A DNA stretch of 64,000 nucleotides, taken from contig OY781964.1 in the NCBI GenBank assembly GCA_963677485.1, positions 2,816,001 through 2,880,000 on the forward strand, written 5' to 3'. The notes under the pieces are model-generated. The model was not told where the DNA came from. It ran no database searches and saw only the letters and a list, made by a program, of their open reading frames with translations. The stretch is from Armatimonadota bacterium (lineage in GTDB: Bacteria > Armatimonadota > HRBIN16). Both the position numbers and the translations under genes were made by a program. Of the stretch, positions 1 to 9,881 are shown in pieces. Every line of letters begins with the position of its first letter. The first letter of the stretch is position 1.

Positions 1-838
1 TCACATTGCCCGTTTTGCCGGAAAGCTGAGCGTTGGGGGCCTGCAGAACCAGCTCCGCCTTGCCTGCCCACATGCGGGAGGGCAGCTTGATGCTGACCGG
101 CCCAACGGCGTTGGTGCGTCCGGGCACGCACTTTGTGAGGTTCACCGGGGCACTGGCCAGCACCACTCCTTGCTGTTTGATCTGCAGCTCAGACCCCGCG
201 GCGATGGCCGAAGTGGGCTTTAGCTTCATTGAGACCTTGACGCTCTGCCCTGCTTTAGCCTGCTTGGGTACGCTCAGCGATAACAGCTTCACCGCAGGGT
301 AGCTGATGGGCGTGACGTAGAGGTCATCCAGCTTCACGATCACCCGCTGGCCTGGGACCAGCCCGCCGAAGGAGATGATTACCTTCGCCGTCGGGAAGTC
401 GAGATGGTTGTTTTGATCCTTGCTCCAGGATGACGAGACGAAACCCTTGAGTGGGAAACTGACATACTGCCATTGACCGCCTGGGGCCAACGTTACACCA
501 GATGACTCATACACCGCGCCGTCGTCTTCCACGATGTTCAGTGCCGCTTTCATCGGATGTTTTGTGACATTCTGCACCCACACACCGACGGATTCAAAAG
601 GGGCTTCAATGCGAGCCGGACCCCAGACGTCTGCGCCTGTCAGCTTGGGAACAAAATCCAGCTTCATGCATGATCCTGTGCGCCCCGCCGGGTCTGTGCT
701 CATTGACCAGGCTGAGTATTCTGCCTTCATACGCGCTTCATCACGGCTGGTAGTCCAGGCACGTATGCTGTTGAAGCCATTGACCAGCGTGCGTTGAGGC
801 GCCGCCTGCCCGGCGATCGCAAACGCCAACATGTACAT
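1..838 (-). CDS. Secreted protein, N-terminal part (runs off window start); probable carbohydrate-active enzyme with an N-terminal CBM-like domain
   Basis: My minus-strand translation is open from 838 to base 1: MYMLAFAIAGQAAPQRTLVNGFNS...VEDDGAVYES...WQYVSFPLKGF...KLDDLYV. Hydrophobic N-terminus. Missing from the ORF track because it has no stop in the window. Start uncertain because REPs abut it. Confidence 0.65.
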   Translation of the reverse strand, partial: MYMLAFAIAGQAAPQRTLVNGFNSIRAWTTSRDEARMKAEYSAWSMSTDPAGRTGSCMKLDFVPKLTGADVWGPARIEAPFESVGVWVQNVTKHPMKAALNIVEDDGAVYESSGVTLAPGGQWQYVSFPLKGFVSSSWSKDQNNHLDFPTAKVIISFGGLVPGQRVIVKLDDLYVTPISYPAVKLLSLSVPKQAKAGQSVKVSMKLKPTSAIAAGSELQIKQQGVVLASAPVNLTKCVPGRTNAVGPVSIKLPSRMWAGKAELVLQAPNAQLSGKTGNV

Positions 839-869
839 GCAGACGAGGGCCCATATTATCCGATGGCCC

Positions 870-981
870 GTAGGGGCGGGGTTTCCCCGCCCTGTAATTC
901 GCCCGCATCCGTGACCCGTAGGGGCGGGGTTCCCCCGCCCTAGAATCCGAACGTCATTGGGCGGGGAAACCCCGCCCCTAC
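870..981. repeat. Cluster of three GTAG-type REP palindromes
   Basis: GTAGGGGCGGGGTTTCCCCGCCC (870-892), GTAGGGGCGGGGTTCCCCCGCCC (918-940) and inverted GGGCGGGGAAACCCCGCCCCTAC (959-981). Confidence 0.9.
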
Positions 982-1002
982 GGCGTGTATACCAAAATGC
1001 CC

Positions 1003-2451
1003 TCAAGGCAGCTTCTCCACGTGATGCCCACGCCCGGTTTCGCGAAGCCGTTTGGCATACCGTTCGCGAAGACCCCGCACATGCCACGGACCGCCTTCGT
1101 GCATCACGGTCCATAGCGGGTCGACCGGCTGGCTGCTGGTGACCATCATCTCCGTGTGCCACTCTGCCAAAAATGCCTCGGCCTGGTTGACGATGTCCGG
1201 CCGTTGATCGGCCAGATTCGTGGTTTCGTGAGGGTCGTCCTCGATGTTGAACAGCATATGCGACGGGTAGTCCTTGAACCCAGCGTGGTAGGTGCGGATC
1301 ATCACCCAAGGCCCAAACCGCACCGCTCGCTGGCAGCTCCAGGCACACTGGCTGAGCACCAGATAATCACGGCCTGTGGGTGTACCCTCACGCAGTGATT
1401 CCGCAAAACTGATGCCGTCCCAGACGGCCGGACTCTGACCGCCTAGCAGCTCCACCGTGGTAGGCGGCAGGTCGAGGTTGTAGTGCAGGCCATCATCCAC
1501 CGCACCCTGGCGCATACCGGGCCAGGAGACTATCAACGGGATGTGGCTGCAGATATGGTCAGCGGTCTGATGGTCGCCATATACGTTTAGCTCGCCGAGG
1601 TTCTCACCGTGGTCAGAGCTGATGATCACCGCGGTGTCCTCCAGCACACCCTGTGCTTCCAGGCAATCGATGATCTGCCCAATGTGGTCGTCCATATACC
1701 GGATCCCGGTGTCGTATCCGTCGATCCATCGGCGGAAGTCATCGAGATTGTTTATTGTGGTGGGCACCCTCGGGTAGGGGTAGTTGATAGGCTGCTCCAT
1801 GTCGATCGGCTCCTGTGCAGAGTGCGGACCGAAGCTGGCACGGTGCTCATCGATAATCTCCTGGGTCAGCCAGTCGGGGATCGGCTCGCCCTCGAAGGGG
1901 TTGCCACACTCCATGGGCGTGCGGTAAGGGGTGTGGGGATCCCAGAAGTTGACCTGCAGAAACCAGTTGTCGCTCTGGCCGTTCTGCTGCAGCCAGTTGA
2001 GGGCCACCGGCGCGATCTCGTCGGCGCGTTCCATCCCGCCTTTGCCGGTGTTGATCATCTCGTTGAAGCCGGTGTAGAACCACCACGCGGAGTGCCGCTC
2101 CGCAAATGGGCTGACCGATACCGTATGATACCCCGCCCTGCGCAGCATCATGGGCCAGGCCGTGCGGGATGCTGCCGTTCCAAAACCGCGGCTTGTGCCC
2201 TCAATGCAGGGATCTGCCGCGGTGCCCCCATGCCCCACCACGCCGGTGTGGATGCCAAACCGGCCGCTGAAGAGTGCGGATCGGGAGGGCAGGCAAGGTG
2301 CATCGGTGGCGTAGTAGTTCTCGAAGCGCACGCCTCTTGCCGCGATGCGGTCGATGTTCGGCGAGGTGTTCCGCTGGTAGCCGTAGCAGCCCAGATGGTC
2401 CGGGCGCAGGGTATCAAGGTCGAGATATAGTATTCGCACAGTCGTCTCCAT
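1003..2451 (-). CDS. Sulfatase (formylglycine-dependent, Cys-type)
   Basis: N-terminal DLDTLRPDHLGCYGY, CLPSRSALFSG (CxPxR), DPHTPY, SDHGE motifs; 482 aa. Confidence 0.92.
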   Translation of the reverse strand: METTVRILYLDLDTLRPDHLGCYGYQRNTSPNIDRIAARGVRFENYYATDAPCLPSRSALFSGRFGIHTGVVGHGGTAADPCIEGTSRGFGTAASRTAWPMMLRRAGYHTVSVSPFAERHSAWWFYTGFNEMINTGKGGMERADEIAPVALNWLQQNGQSDNWFLQVNFWDPHTPYRTPMECGNPFEGEPIPDWLTQEIIDEHRASFGPHSAQEPIDMEQPINYPYPRVPTTINNLDDFRRWIDGYDTGIRYMDDHIGQIIDCLEAQGVLEDTAVIISSDHGENLGELNVYGDHQTADHICSHIPLIVSWPGMRQGAVDDGLHYNLDLPPTTVELLGGQSPAVWDGISFAESLREGTPTGRDYLVLSQCAWSCQRAVRFGPWVMIRTYHAGFKDYPSHMLFNIEDDPHETTNLADQRPDIVNQAEAFLAEWHTEMMVTSSQPVDPLWTVMHEGGPWHVRGLRERYAKRLRETGRGHHVEKLP

Positions 2452-2596
2452 GGGTGTGTTGTCTTCTGGTTACCAATTCGGGATTTGGAGACGGAATACC
2501 TGCATGAGGCGGGAGGGATCGTCTCACGCGACACCACAGGTGACGGCGAGAAGACGCGAAGGGGTGGTTACACATGAACTAAAGTGCATGAGTTCA

Positions 2597-2668
2597 TTCA
2601 TTATTAGATTCATTATATATTTCATTTTAAATTTCAAAATTTATTTCAATTTATATGTCAGTTAATAC
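2597..2668 (+). repeat. Six degenerate AT-rich 12-bp tandem repeats upstream of the Fic gene
   Basis: TTCATTATTAGA / TTCATTATATAT / TTCATTTTAAAT / TTCAAAATTTAT / TTCAATTTATAT / GTCAGTTAATAC. Confidence 0.75.
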
Positions 2669-2716
2669 TTAAATAGTGCATAATAGGTAGTAATACCATC
2701 CATAAGGAGCACGAAA

Positions 2717-3901
2717 ATGAAATATGAGAGCTCGCATCTGTGGCTGCAGTTTCGGTATGACTACAGGCAGATACCACCGCATGTATGGACGATTATAGGC
2801 GAATGTGCCAGCAAAATCGACCACATCATACACACGCCGTTGAATGCCGAGATTCGCAAGCTCATGCATGATGTCTGCCTCATCAAAGGTGCTCAGGCCA
2901 CCACGGCAATTGAAGGTAATACGCTCAGTGAGGAACAGATCAGGTCGATCTTGGAGCACAAATCCACTGTGCCCCCCAGCTTCAAATACCAGGAGCGAGA
3001 GGTTGGTAATATCCTGAGGTTGTTTGGTGATGTAAGTGCTCATATGGTGTTAGCTCAAAGCTCCAGGATTTCACATAGTAATGTGTGCGAGTGGAACAGG
3101 CGAATACTTGAGGGTGCCGAAACGGAAGGTGTGCCAGGCAGGATTCGTGAGGTGGAGGTCGGCGTATCCAACTACCTCGGTGCGCCAGCTCAGGACTGCG
3201 AGTGGTTGCTGAACAGGCTTTGCACTTGGAATAACGAGCTCCAAACAGGGCACGAAAAAGAGTTGAAGCTAGATGTCACGAGCAATGCAATCCTGCGCGC
3301 GATCATCATGCATCTGTATTTTGTATGGATCCATCCATTTCAGGATGGCAACGGTAGAACGGCTCGCTTGTTTGAATTTGCGATTCTTCTAGGTTCGGGT
3401 GTGCCTACTCCGGCGGCCCATCTACTGAGCAATTTCTACAACCGCACGAGGGATATGTACTACCGACGGTTGGATGACGCGAGCAAGCTCCATAATGGGT
3501 TGCCGTTATTTATTGAGTATGCAGTGACAGGCCTGCGCGACCAACTGGTGGACCAGCTGGATCTATATATCTACCCTCAACTCTGGCACTTGACGCTTCA
3601 GGATCAAATTGCGGTAATGTTCCGAAAGGAGACCGGTAAAACTGCCGACCGAAGACGGCTGCTCATCGAGACGATGACCGGAGACAACGCCTTGTTGTGG
3701 AAGCCAGTCGCCATGAGTGAGCTGCGGCGTATTAGCGTTGATGTTGGGGTGAAGTATGCCGACATCAGCGACTCCACCTTGAGGCGTGATGTATTGTGGC
3801 TGGTCGAGCAAAAGCTGCTCACCGTCACGGGTGATCAGGTGGCGGTGGCATTGGGAAGTGTGGTGGAGAAGCTACCCGACAGGCGCATTGAACGGGCGTA
3901 G
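2717..3901 (+). CDS. Fic family protein (class II) with probable C-terminal wHTH
   Basis: Canonical HPFQDGNGRTAR motif, N-terminal inhibitory TTAIEGN ((S/T)xxxE(G/N)), C-terminal TLRRDVLWLVEQKLL; AAGGAG RBS. Confidence 0.9.
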   Translation: MKYESSHLWLQFRYDYRQIPPHVWTIIGECASKIDHIIHTPLNAEIRKLMHDVCLIKGAQATTAIEGNTLSEEQIRSILEHKSTVPPSFKYQEREVGNILRLFGDVSAHMVLAQSSRISHSNVCEWNRRILEGAETEGVPGRIREVEVGVSNYLGAPAQDCEWLLNRLCTWNNELQTGHEKELKLDVTSNAILRAIIMHLYFVWIHPFQDGNGRTARLFEFAILLGSGVPTPAAHLLSNFYNRTRDMYYRRLDDASKLHNGLPLFIEYAVTGLRDQLVDQLDLYIYPQLWHLTLQDQIAVMFRKETGKTADRRRLLIETMTGDNALLWKPVAMSELRRISVDVGVKYADISDSTLRRDVLWLVEQKLLTVTGDQVAVALGSVVEKLPDRRIERA

Positions 3902-3935
3902 ATGCTTTACCGGTTGAGCTAAACAGGGAAGTCAA

Positions 3936-3967
3936 GACCGGCCCGGAAATGGAAAACCGGTCCGGTC
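3936..3967. terminator. Hairpin between convergent genes (probable terminator)
   Basis: GACCGGCCCGG...CCGGTCCGGTC inverted repeat between the Fic stop and the sialidase-like stop. Confidence 0.5.
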
Positions 3968-3988
3968 ATATAGTATCCGAGCCGGCCA

Positions 3989-5089
3989 TCACCTCACCCG
4001 CCCCAGCTTCACCAGTGTGCCCTCATCTTGCTTCTCGTATTGCACCAACAGGGAGCCCCGGTTTTTGCCATAGCGTAGTTGCGTCACGCCCGGGAAATAT
4101 ATGGTGTACCGGCTGTCGATGGTCTGCGCGCGGCTCTGCCAACGGCCGCCCTCGTCGAGACTCAGCACACACTTCAAGTTCATCTCCAGCTTCCCGGTGG
4201 AGATCACACCAGGGGCGAGTCGGTCCTCATCGGTGGTGAACACGCACAGAAGAGCACCGTTCTCCAACCGGACCATCCAGGGAGCGGTGACGTTGAAGTT
4301 GCGGTCGGCGGGCTCATACAGCGTTGCTCGCTCCTGCTTCTGCCAGCTCCAGCTTTTCCCGCCGTCGTCGGATGTGGTGGTTCGCAACAATCCCCGGTGC
4401 GGCGGGTAGTTTTGCACGCCTTCAAACGCGCAGATCAGCCGCCTGCTGGGCAGCTCTACCACACTGCACATGCCGTCGCGCGAGAGGTGGCTGGGGTCGT
4501 GCGCCCGGCTGACCGTCACCGGGTTCATCCAACTGCAGAGCACCGGATCCCAGCTCCTCATGGTGAGCCACTGGTGCCGCGGAAAGCCCAGGGTTGACGG
4601 CGTGACTTCATCGTCGTAATAACACTGAAGCGTGCCGTCGCGCCTCTGCAACAGGAACGTGGACCACAGCCCTGCTTTGGTGCCGTGCGACGAGGTGATG
4701 TCCGAGTGGTGCGACCAGGTGAGCCCGTTGTCGCAGCTTTGAGCGACCCTTAGCCGAAATATCCGCTGAGCGATGGGGAGATCACTATGACACAGGTTAT
4801 CGCGGTAAGAGTAGAGCAGCCTGCCGTCGCGGAGCTGGGTCATGTGACCATCGCCGATGTCCGCACCTATAGCAGGGTTATAGGCGACCCGGCTGAGGTA
4901 TTCCCAGCGGAGCCCGCCATCCAGACTGCGGTGGCACTGCACCTCGAAACCACCTGTGCTGACGGGTACCGTCTTGGTGACCAGTACTGATCCGTTGCGC
5001 AGCTCCAGCGGTGTCTTGAAACCGGCACCGCGATGCGCATCGGCATCCCAGATGATACTCGGTCGTGCGTTGATAATGAATAACCTCAC
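3989..5089 (-). CDS. Sialidase-like / BNR (Asp-box) beta-propeller protein
   Basis: Four Asp-boxes: SLDGGLRW, SCDNGLTW, SDDGGKSW, SLDEGGRW. Confidence 0.85.
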   Translation of the reverse strand: MRLFIINARPSIIWDADAHRGAGFKTPLELRNGSVLVTKTVPVSTGGFEVQCHRSLDGGLRWEYLSRVAYNPAIGADIGDGHMTQLRDGRLLYSYRDNLCHSDLPIAQRIFRLRVAQSCDNGLTWSHHSDITSSHGTKAGLWSTFLLQRRDGTLQCYYDDEVTPSTLGFPRHQWLTMRSWDPVLCSWMNPVTVSRAHDPSHLSRDGMCSVVELPSRRLICAFEGVQNYPPHRGLLRTTTSDDGGKSWSWQKQERATLYEPADRNFNVTAPWMVRLENGALLCVFTTDEDRLAPGVISTGKLEMNLKCVLSLDEGGRWQSRAQTIDSRYTIYFPGVTQLRYGKNRGSLLVQYEKQDEGTLVKLGRVR

Positions 5090-5204
5090 ATGATGGCGTG
5101 CCTAATGATACTATAGCCAACCCAGGGTGTCCTGTGCACCTCTGCGTGTGTATACTTCTTATAGAACCGGCTTCTCTGCGGTCACGAAAGCGAGCGACAA
5201 CCCG

Positions 5205-7307
5205 ATGCGAACCCTCATATGCAGCCTGATACTCTTCACCGTGGTGCTGATGCCATCCCTAGCCCAGCCAGCGGAAGAGCAGCCGCCCGCCTGCCAGATC
5301 AATGTGCTGGTAGCCGATGGCAAATGGGTGAAGCAGCCGCTGGTGATCAACGACCGCGCGCAGGCGGACGAGAATGTGCAGCGAATCCGTCAGATCATCG
5401 AAGCGGCTCCCGCCGGTGCCGCGATCCATTTCCCGGCCGGCGACTATTACCTTCACGGCTCCGCGCTGCCCAACCGCGGCTCGGTGGAGACAACCCAGCC
5501 CGGACAGGTGATCTACGGCGATGGGGCCGACGTGACCAACTTCATCCAAACCGATGGACGCAAAGACTTCGGCTTCACCTGCGATCAGGCCCGCAAGCGC
5601 GTGCCCACCGCCACGGTGCGTGTGCGTCACAAAGGCTGTCGCGTGAGGGACCTCAGCGTGCTGGTTGACCCCACCCTGCCGCAATTCGCGATCATCCCCT
5701 CGGCGGCCGTTCAGTTGGCGCACATCAAGTATTTCGCTGATGGCAACATCGGCATCATCGAAACCACCGGTCAAGGCGCGGACTACCTGCTGGATTACAT
5801 CAACATCACCAGCGTGAACGTGGGGCGCAACATCAAGTCGGGCATTCAGGGATGGCATTTCTTTGAGGTGGGTGTGGACATCGTGGGCTCCGGCGGCGAG
5901 GTGAAGGTGTATGACATGGACCGCATAGACGCCAAAACCGGCGTGCGACTGGACAACGGCAACCACTGCGGTCAAGGCGGCTATTACTTTGAAAACTTGG
6001 AGAACACCGGCCGGCATGGCGTCACCAACGGCGGGGTGTTCTTCGACTGGGTGGGCGGTCAGGCCCCCATGCTGCGCAACTGCAATGTGGGCTTCAATAA
6101 CGGTCTGCACGCGGGCGCGATGGGGGCGTTTGGGGATCGGTTTGAGCCCTTCCCTGAGGGTGAAGTGGTGCGTCGCGCCGGCAAAAACTGGGACTGGCTG
6201 ACACTGCACGGTCATGCGGTGGTGGATGAGCCTAACCCGGCGCAACGCACGGAGTGGTACGGTCTGCCTCGATACGTGGAGCGGGTAGTGCGGATCGGCA
6301 GTGAACCGCGCACCGGCGGCACCGAGTGGATCGAGGGCCGCGACTTTAGCGTGGAGACCATCACCAAGGACGGGGATCTGAAACAGGCCTCCAAAATCCA
6401 CTGGATCACCGAAGGGCCAGCGCCGAACTCCATCTACTACGTCACCTTCCAGCAGCCCAAAGAGTATCGCGTGCATGACCTCGAGTGGGGTTACCTCATC
6501 AACAGCCAGTTGGGCGAGGCATTGCAGACCGCGGCCGATGGCTACGCGTTGAAGTTTGATGACCAGGGGTTTGGCTACAAGAACCCCGATTTCCGGTATG
6601 GTGTGGGTTACGGCTTCCAGATTTCCAACACGCTGGTGCTGAACGGGCTGATGGTGTTCAAGGGGTATGTGGACTATGTCAGCGTGCTGAACAACACCAT
6701 GGCGGCCTGCAACTTTTCGATTGAAGGATACGCGATGGACCGCATGGCCAGCCGGATCACCCTCAACGGCAACAAGATGAACGGCTTGAGTATCGGCGAC
6801 TACGTGGCGCAGATCACCTTTGAGGGCAACGAGACGGGCGGGATCGTGAAACTGAACGCACCAAACCATGCCGATGACATCAACATCAACCGCAACACGC
6901 TGGTCTCCGGCGACCTCAGCGCGGTCGACCTGTCGGGCCACATCATCAACCTGCGAATGGAGAGCAACGACCTGCGCTTGACCGGCGGTTACGGCATCAA
7001 GCTGAAGGGCGTGACCGATGGCATCATCGCACGCAACAACCTCAACGGGGCCTCCCAGGACGGGCTGTTTGTGGAGGCCAGCAAACGGCTGATCATCAGC
7101 GAGAACATCGCCAACCGCTGCAATAACGGCATTACAGTCGCCACCGGTGCTGAGAGCGGGATATCGCTGCGGGGTAACCTCTGTGCTGATAACCGCCAGG
7201 CGGGCATCCGCATCCTCAGCCCCAGCGGCAAACTGCCCAGGGGGTTGGTACTGAAGGACAACAATCTTGAGGGCAACCCGAAGGCGGTAGCGGTCGCCAA
7301 GCCGTAG
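5205..7307 (+). CDS. Secreted right-handed parallel beta-helix protein (pectate-lyase-like fold)
   Basis: Signal peptide MRTLICSLILFTVVLMPSLA (ATG 5205, within ORF 5127..7307), IHFPAGDYYL motif, C-terminal N/I-rich beta-helix repeats. Confidence 0.8.
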   Translation: MRTLICSLILFTVVLMPSLAQPAEEQPPACQINVLVADGKWVKQPLVINDRAQADENVQRIRQIIEAAPAGAAIHFPAGDYYLHGSALPNRGSVETTQPGQVIYGDGADVTNFIQTDGRKDFGFTCDQARKRVPTATVRVRHKGCRVRDLSVLVDPTLPQFAIIPSAAVQLAHIKYFADGNIGIIETTGQGADYLLDYINITSVNVGRNIKSGIQGWHFFEVGVDIVGSGGEVKVYDMDRIDAKTGVRLDNGNHCGQGGYYFENLENTGRHGVTNGGVFFDWVGGQAPMLRNCNVGFNNGLHAGAMGAFGDRFEPFPEGEVVRRAGKNWDWLTLHGHAVVDEPNPAQRTEWYGLPRYVERVVRIGSEPRTGGTEWIEGRDFSVETITKDGDLKQASKIHWITEGPAPNSIYYVTFQQPKEYRVHDLEWGYLINSQLGEALQTAADGYALKFDDQGFGYKNPDFRYGVGYGFQISNTLVLNGLMVFKGYVDYVSVLNNTMAACNFSIEGYAMDRMASRITLNGNKMNGLSIGDYVAQITFEGNETGGIVKLNAPNHADDININRNTLVSGDLSAVDLSGHIINLRMESNDLRLTGGYGIKLKGVTDGIIARNNLNGASQDGLFVEASKRLIISENIANRCNNGITVATGAESGISLRGNLCADNRQAGIRILSPSGKLPRGLVLKDNNLEGNPKAVAVAKP

Positions 7308-7317
7308 GGGAGGGGAA

Positions 7318-7480
7318 TTAACCGCGGATAGACGCGAATGAACACGGATGGGAATGGCTTACGCGAAGACGCGAAGACGCGAAGGGGTAGCCAAGCCATG
7401 TCCTACTCGTCTTACTCATCCTACGTGTCCTTTTGGGGGCTTTTTTAACCGCGAATGAACACGAATGAACGCGAATGCCG
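7318..7480. repeat. Composite of short-period (8-9 nt) tandem repeat modules
   Basis: AACCGCGGATAGACGCGAATGAACACGGAT, ACGCGAAGACGCGAAGACGCGAAG, GTCCTACTCGTCTTACTCATCC and AACCGCGAATGAACACGAATGAACGCGAAT; the same modules recur at many intergenic sites. Confidence 0.85.
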
Positions 7481-7532
7481 GACGGCAACCGCCTGTGGAA
7501 CTCCGTGCATACCGTGCCATGACTGATCATCT

Positions 7533-8798
7533 CTACCCGATGACAATCATCTTCGGAAATGGCTCTTTCGCCATGACATTCCACATTTTATCGATGTATG
7601 CCAGCGTGTAAAATTGTTCATAGTAGTGATAGAAATAGGCACCTTTGGACGTCATCTCATAGATTCCGTTCTTCTTCTTAGCGAGTCCCAATGCCGTTGC
7701 CATGAAAAACTCAATGCCATATTTCGCCAGAAGTGACGTATGGAAAAACCGACTGAACTCTTTAGGGTCCACTCTCGTAGTGTATGCCGTCCAGAAAAGG
7801 TAATAGACCATTCTTTGATTTTTCGTGAATCGCACTGTCAAGGCGGTAGGCAGATTATGTTCTGAAATTCGTTGGATATACGCCTCAACGGAAAATGTAT
7901 TGATTTTGAATTGATCTGGTAATAGGGTGGTTGCGGAACAACCAAAGCCGAGGAAGTTGTCTCTCGTCATAGATGAATACTTCCCAGCACCAGCTTTCGT
8001 GAAAGTCCAGATGGATTCTCTCACATATCCATTGTCATTAAAGTATTCAGTGATGGCATCCATTAATGCCCGCTTTTGCTTTTCACCCATTGGCATCATC
8101 TTTGTCTTCGTAAAGGAGAAGTCAATAAACGGATAGATGGCCACGTGATTGGCACCATTTTGAAAGGCAGTGTCGATATCGGCCTTCAAGGTTTCGAATG
8201 TCTGTCCAGGGATGGCAAATATAAGGTCCATGGAGACCGTCTCAAAGGGAACCTTCTTGAGTGCCGTGAACATCTCACGATAGTATTCACCAAATCTCCC
8301 TAGCAACGTCAGACTAGTTTCTTGAAAAGACTGGATTCCGATACTGATTTTCGAAATTCCAATGTTCTTTAGTGTTGTCAGAATCTCGGCGGTTACATCG
8401 GCAGGATGCAGCTCAATCCCTATTCCCTCGGTGATTGTGAAATACTTTTGAATTGTTTCGATGATCTGTCCGATATAATCCACCAATAATGCGGGCGATC
8501 CACCACCAAAGTAAAGGCTCGTAACGACCTTTTTGGCAACTGCGCTATTATGATGATCATTCCCCACCATAATGATTTCCTTGAGAAGAGCCTCGACATA
8601 CGCCTTGGCCTGTTCCTGACGATAAACAACCTTGCAATAGGGGCAGAAGCTGCAAATGCTTCGACAAAACGGGATGTGAACATATAGTCCCAATCCACTG
8701 GCGTCTCTGTACTGAAGGGTTGCATCATAATCATCACCAAACACAAATGGTCGAAGTGATCGTGTCAACCAGATTCTGGCCAAGGATGCTTGTTTCAT
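7533..8798 (-). CDS. HemN/coproporphyrinogen III oxidase-like radical SAM protein
   Basis: LYVHIPFCRSICSFC (CxxxCxxC), LYFGGGSP, ISIGIQSF, DLIFAIPGQT. AT-richer than the flanks. Confidence 0.88.
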   Translation of the reverse strand: MKQASLARIWLTRSLRPFVFGDDYDATLQYRDASGLGLYVHIPFCRSICSFCPYCKVVYRQEQAKAYVEALLKEIIMVGNDHHNSAVAKKVVTSLYFGGGSPALLVDYIGQIIETIQKYFTITEGIGIELHPADVTAEILTTLKNIGISKISIGIQSFQETSLTLLGRFGEYYREMFTALKKVPFETVSMDLIFAIPGQTFETLKADIDTAFQNGANHVAIYPFIDFSFTKTKMMPMGEKQKRALMDAITEYFNDNGYVRESIWTFTKAGAGKYSSMTRDNFLGFGCSATTLLPDQFKINTFSVEAYIQRISEHNLPTALTVRFTKNQRMVYYLFWTAYTTRVDPKEFSRFFHTSLLAKYGIEFFMATALGLAKKKNGIYEMTSKGAYFYHYYEQFYTLAYIDKMWNVMAKEPFPKMIVIG

Positions 8799-8810
8799 TT
8801 AGGTCTGCTC

Positions 8811-9722
8811 TCAGATATACTTCGTATAAGTGCTTAACATTTCGCATACCATGCGGGGATTCCCCTGGAATATCAGCGTATATTCAGCAACAAAGAAGTA
8901 TCCACATTTTGCGCACAGGCCAGGATTGTTGATGCATCTCCCACAGGTTGACAGAACTCCGTTTTCCATCACAACGCACTGATGACATGGCGTCGGAAAA
9001 CTGTTATTGATGATGTAAGGGAATGCACTTTTCAAATTGAAAATCGGGTATCCCGCCCTCATCAGCTCCGATATCTCATTGCAACAAGCCGTCTTGTCGT
9101 CAACTGTAAGCTCAAGTTCCTCTGTACCTGGATACGGCGTGTGGAAGTTAAAGGAAACGGCTTTCACATGCTTTTCCTGTCGCACTCGTTCACAAACACT
9201 TCGTATCTTGCCCTTGTTCAATTGGTTGATCGCCATATAAAAACAGATATTGTCGGCTGTGGCGTTTTTGACATTTTTCATGATGAGGCCGTAAGTTTCG
9301 CCGCGGATTGAATCATGAGCCTCACGGTCACCGTCAATACTCAGAAGTATCAGGTCTGCTTCAGGAAGGTCGATGGGATATGTTCCATTCGTCACAATAT
9401 TGACGATCAGAAACCCAATATTCTTAGCCTCAACGACCAAGTCCCGCAATGATTTACCACTGTCAGTCCAAAGAAATGTTTCCCCTCCACTAAAAAACAG
9501 AATTCGGATGCCCATTTCATACAACTGTTTCATTTCTTGCTGTATTTGGAGGTAAGGATGAATGACCGAAGTAATATTACTAACAGCGCAATGTTTGCAG
9601 GTGATATTGCATTTGTCTGTTACTATAATGGTTCCTAGAATAGGATTCTTCTTCTTGAACAGGATCGTAGAAATCCCGAATTTCAGAAATCGATAAACAG
9701 ATGATGATTTCAATAAGGTCAA
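8811..9722 (-). CDS. Radical SAM protein
   Basis: TDKCNITCKHC, FSGGE, VTNGT, LSIDG motifs; C-terminal Cys cluster (CGRC...LCAKCG). Confidence 0.88.
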   Translation of the reverse strand: MTLLKSSSVYRFLKFGISTILFKKKNPILGTIIVTDKCNITCKHCAVSNITSVIHPYLQIQQEMKQLYEMGIRILFFSGGETFLWTDSGKSLRDLVVEAKNIGFLIVNIVTNGTYPIDLPEADLILLSIDGDREAHDSIRGETYGLIMKNVKNATADNICFYMAINQLNKGKIRSVCERVRQEKHVKAVSFNFHTPYPGTEELELTVDDKTACCNEISELMRAGYPIFNLKSAFPYIINNSFPTPCHQCVVMENGVLSTCGRCINNPGLCAKCGYFFVAEYTLIFQGNPRMVCEMLSTYTKYI

Positions 9723-9881
9723 TCCCTTCGCTTAATCATACGACGACAGAGTTAATACATAGATCATGAAATGGCTTGTAGAACACCTACCATCACTGCT
9801 CATGTTGAAACACAGATGGGTGTTAGCAACTACATTATGACGGTTTTCAGCGCATATCACCAGAAGGCGTGATGTGTGATA

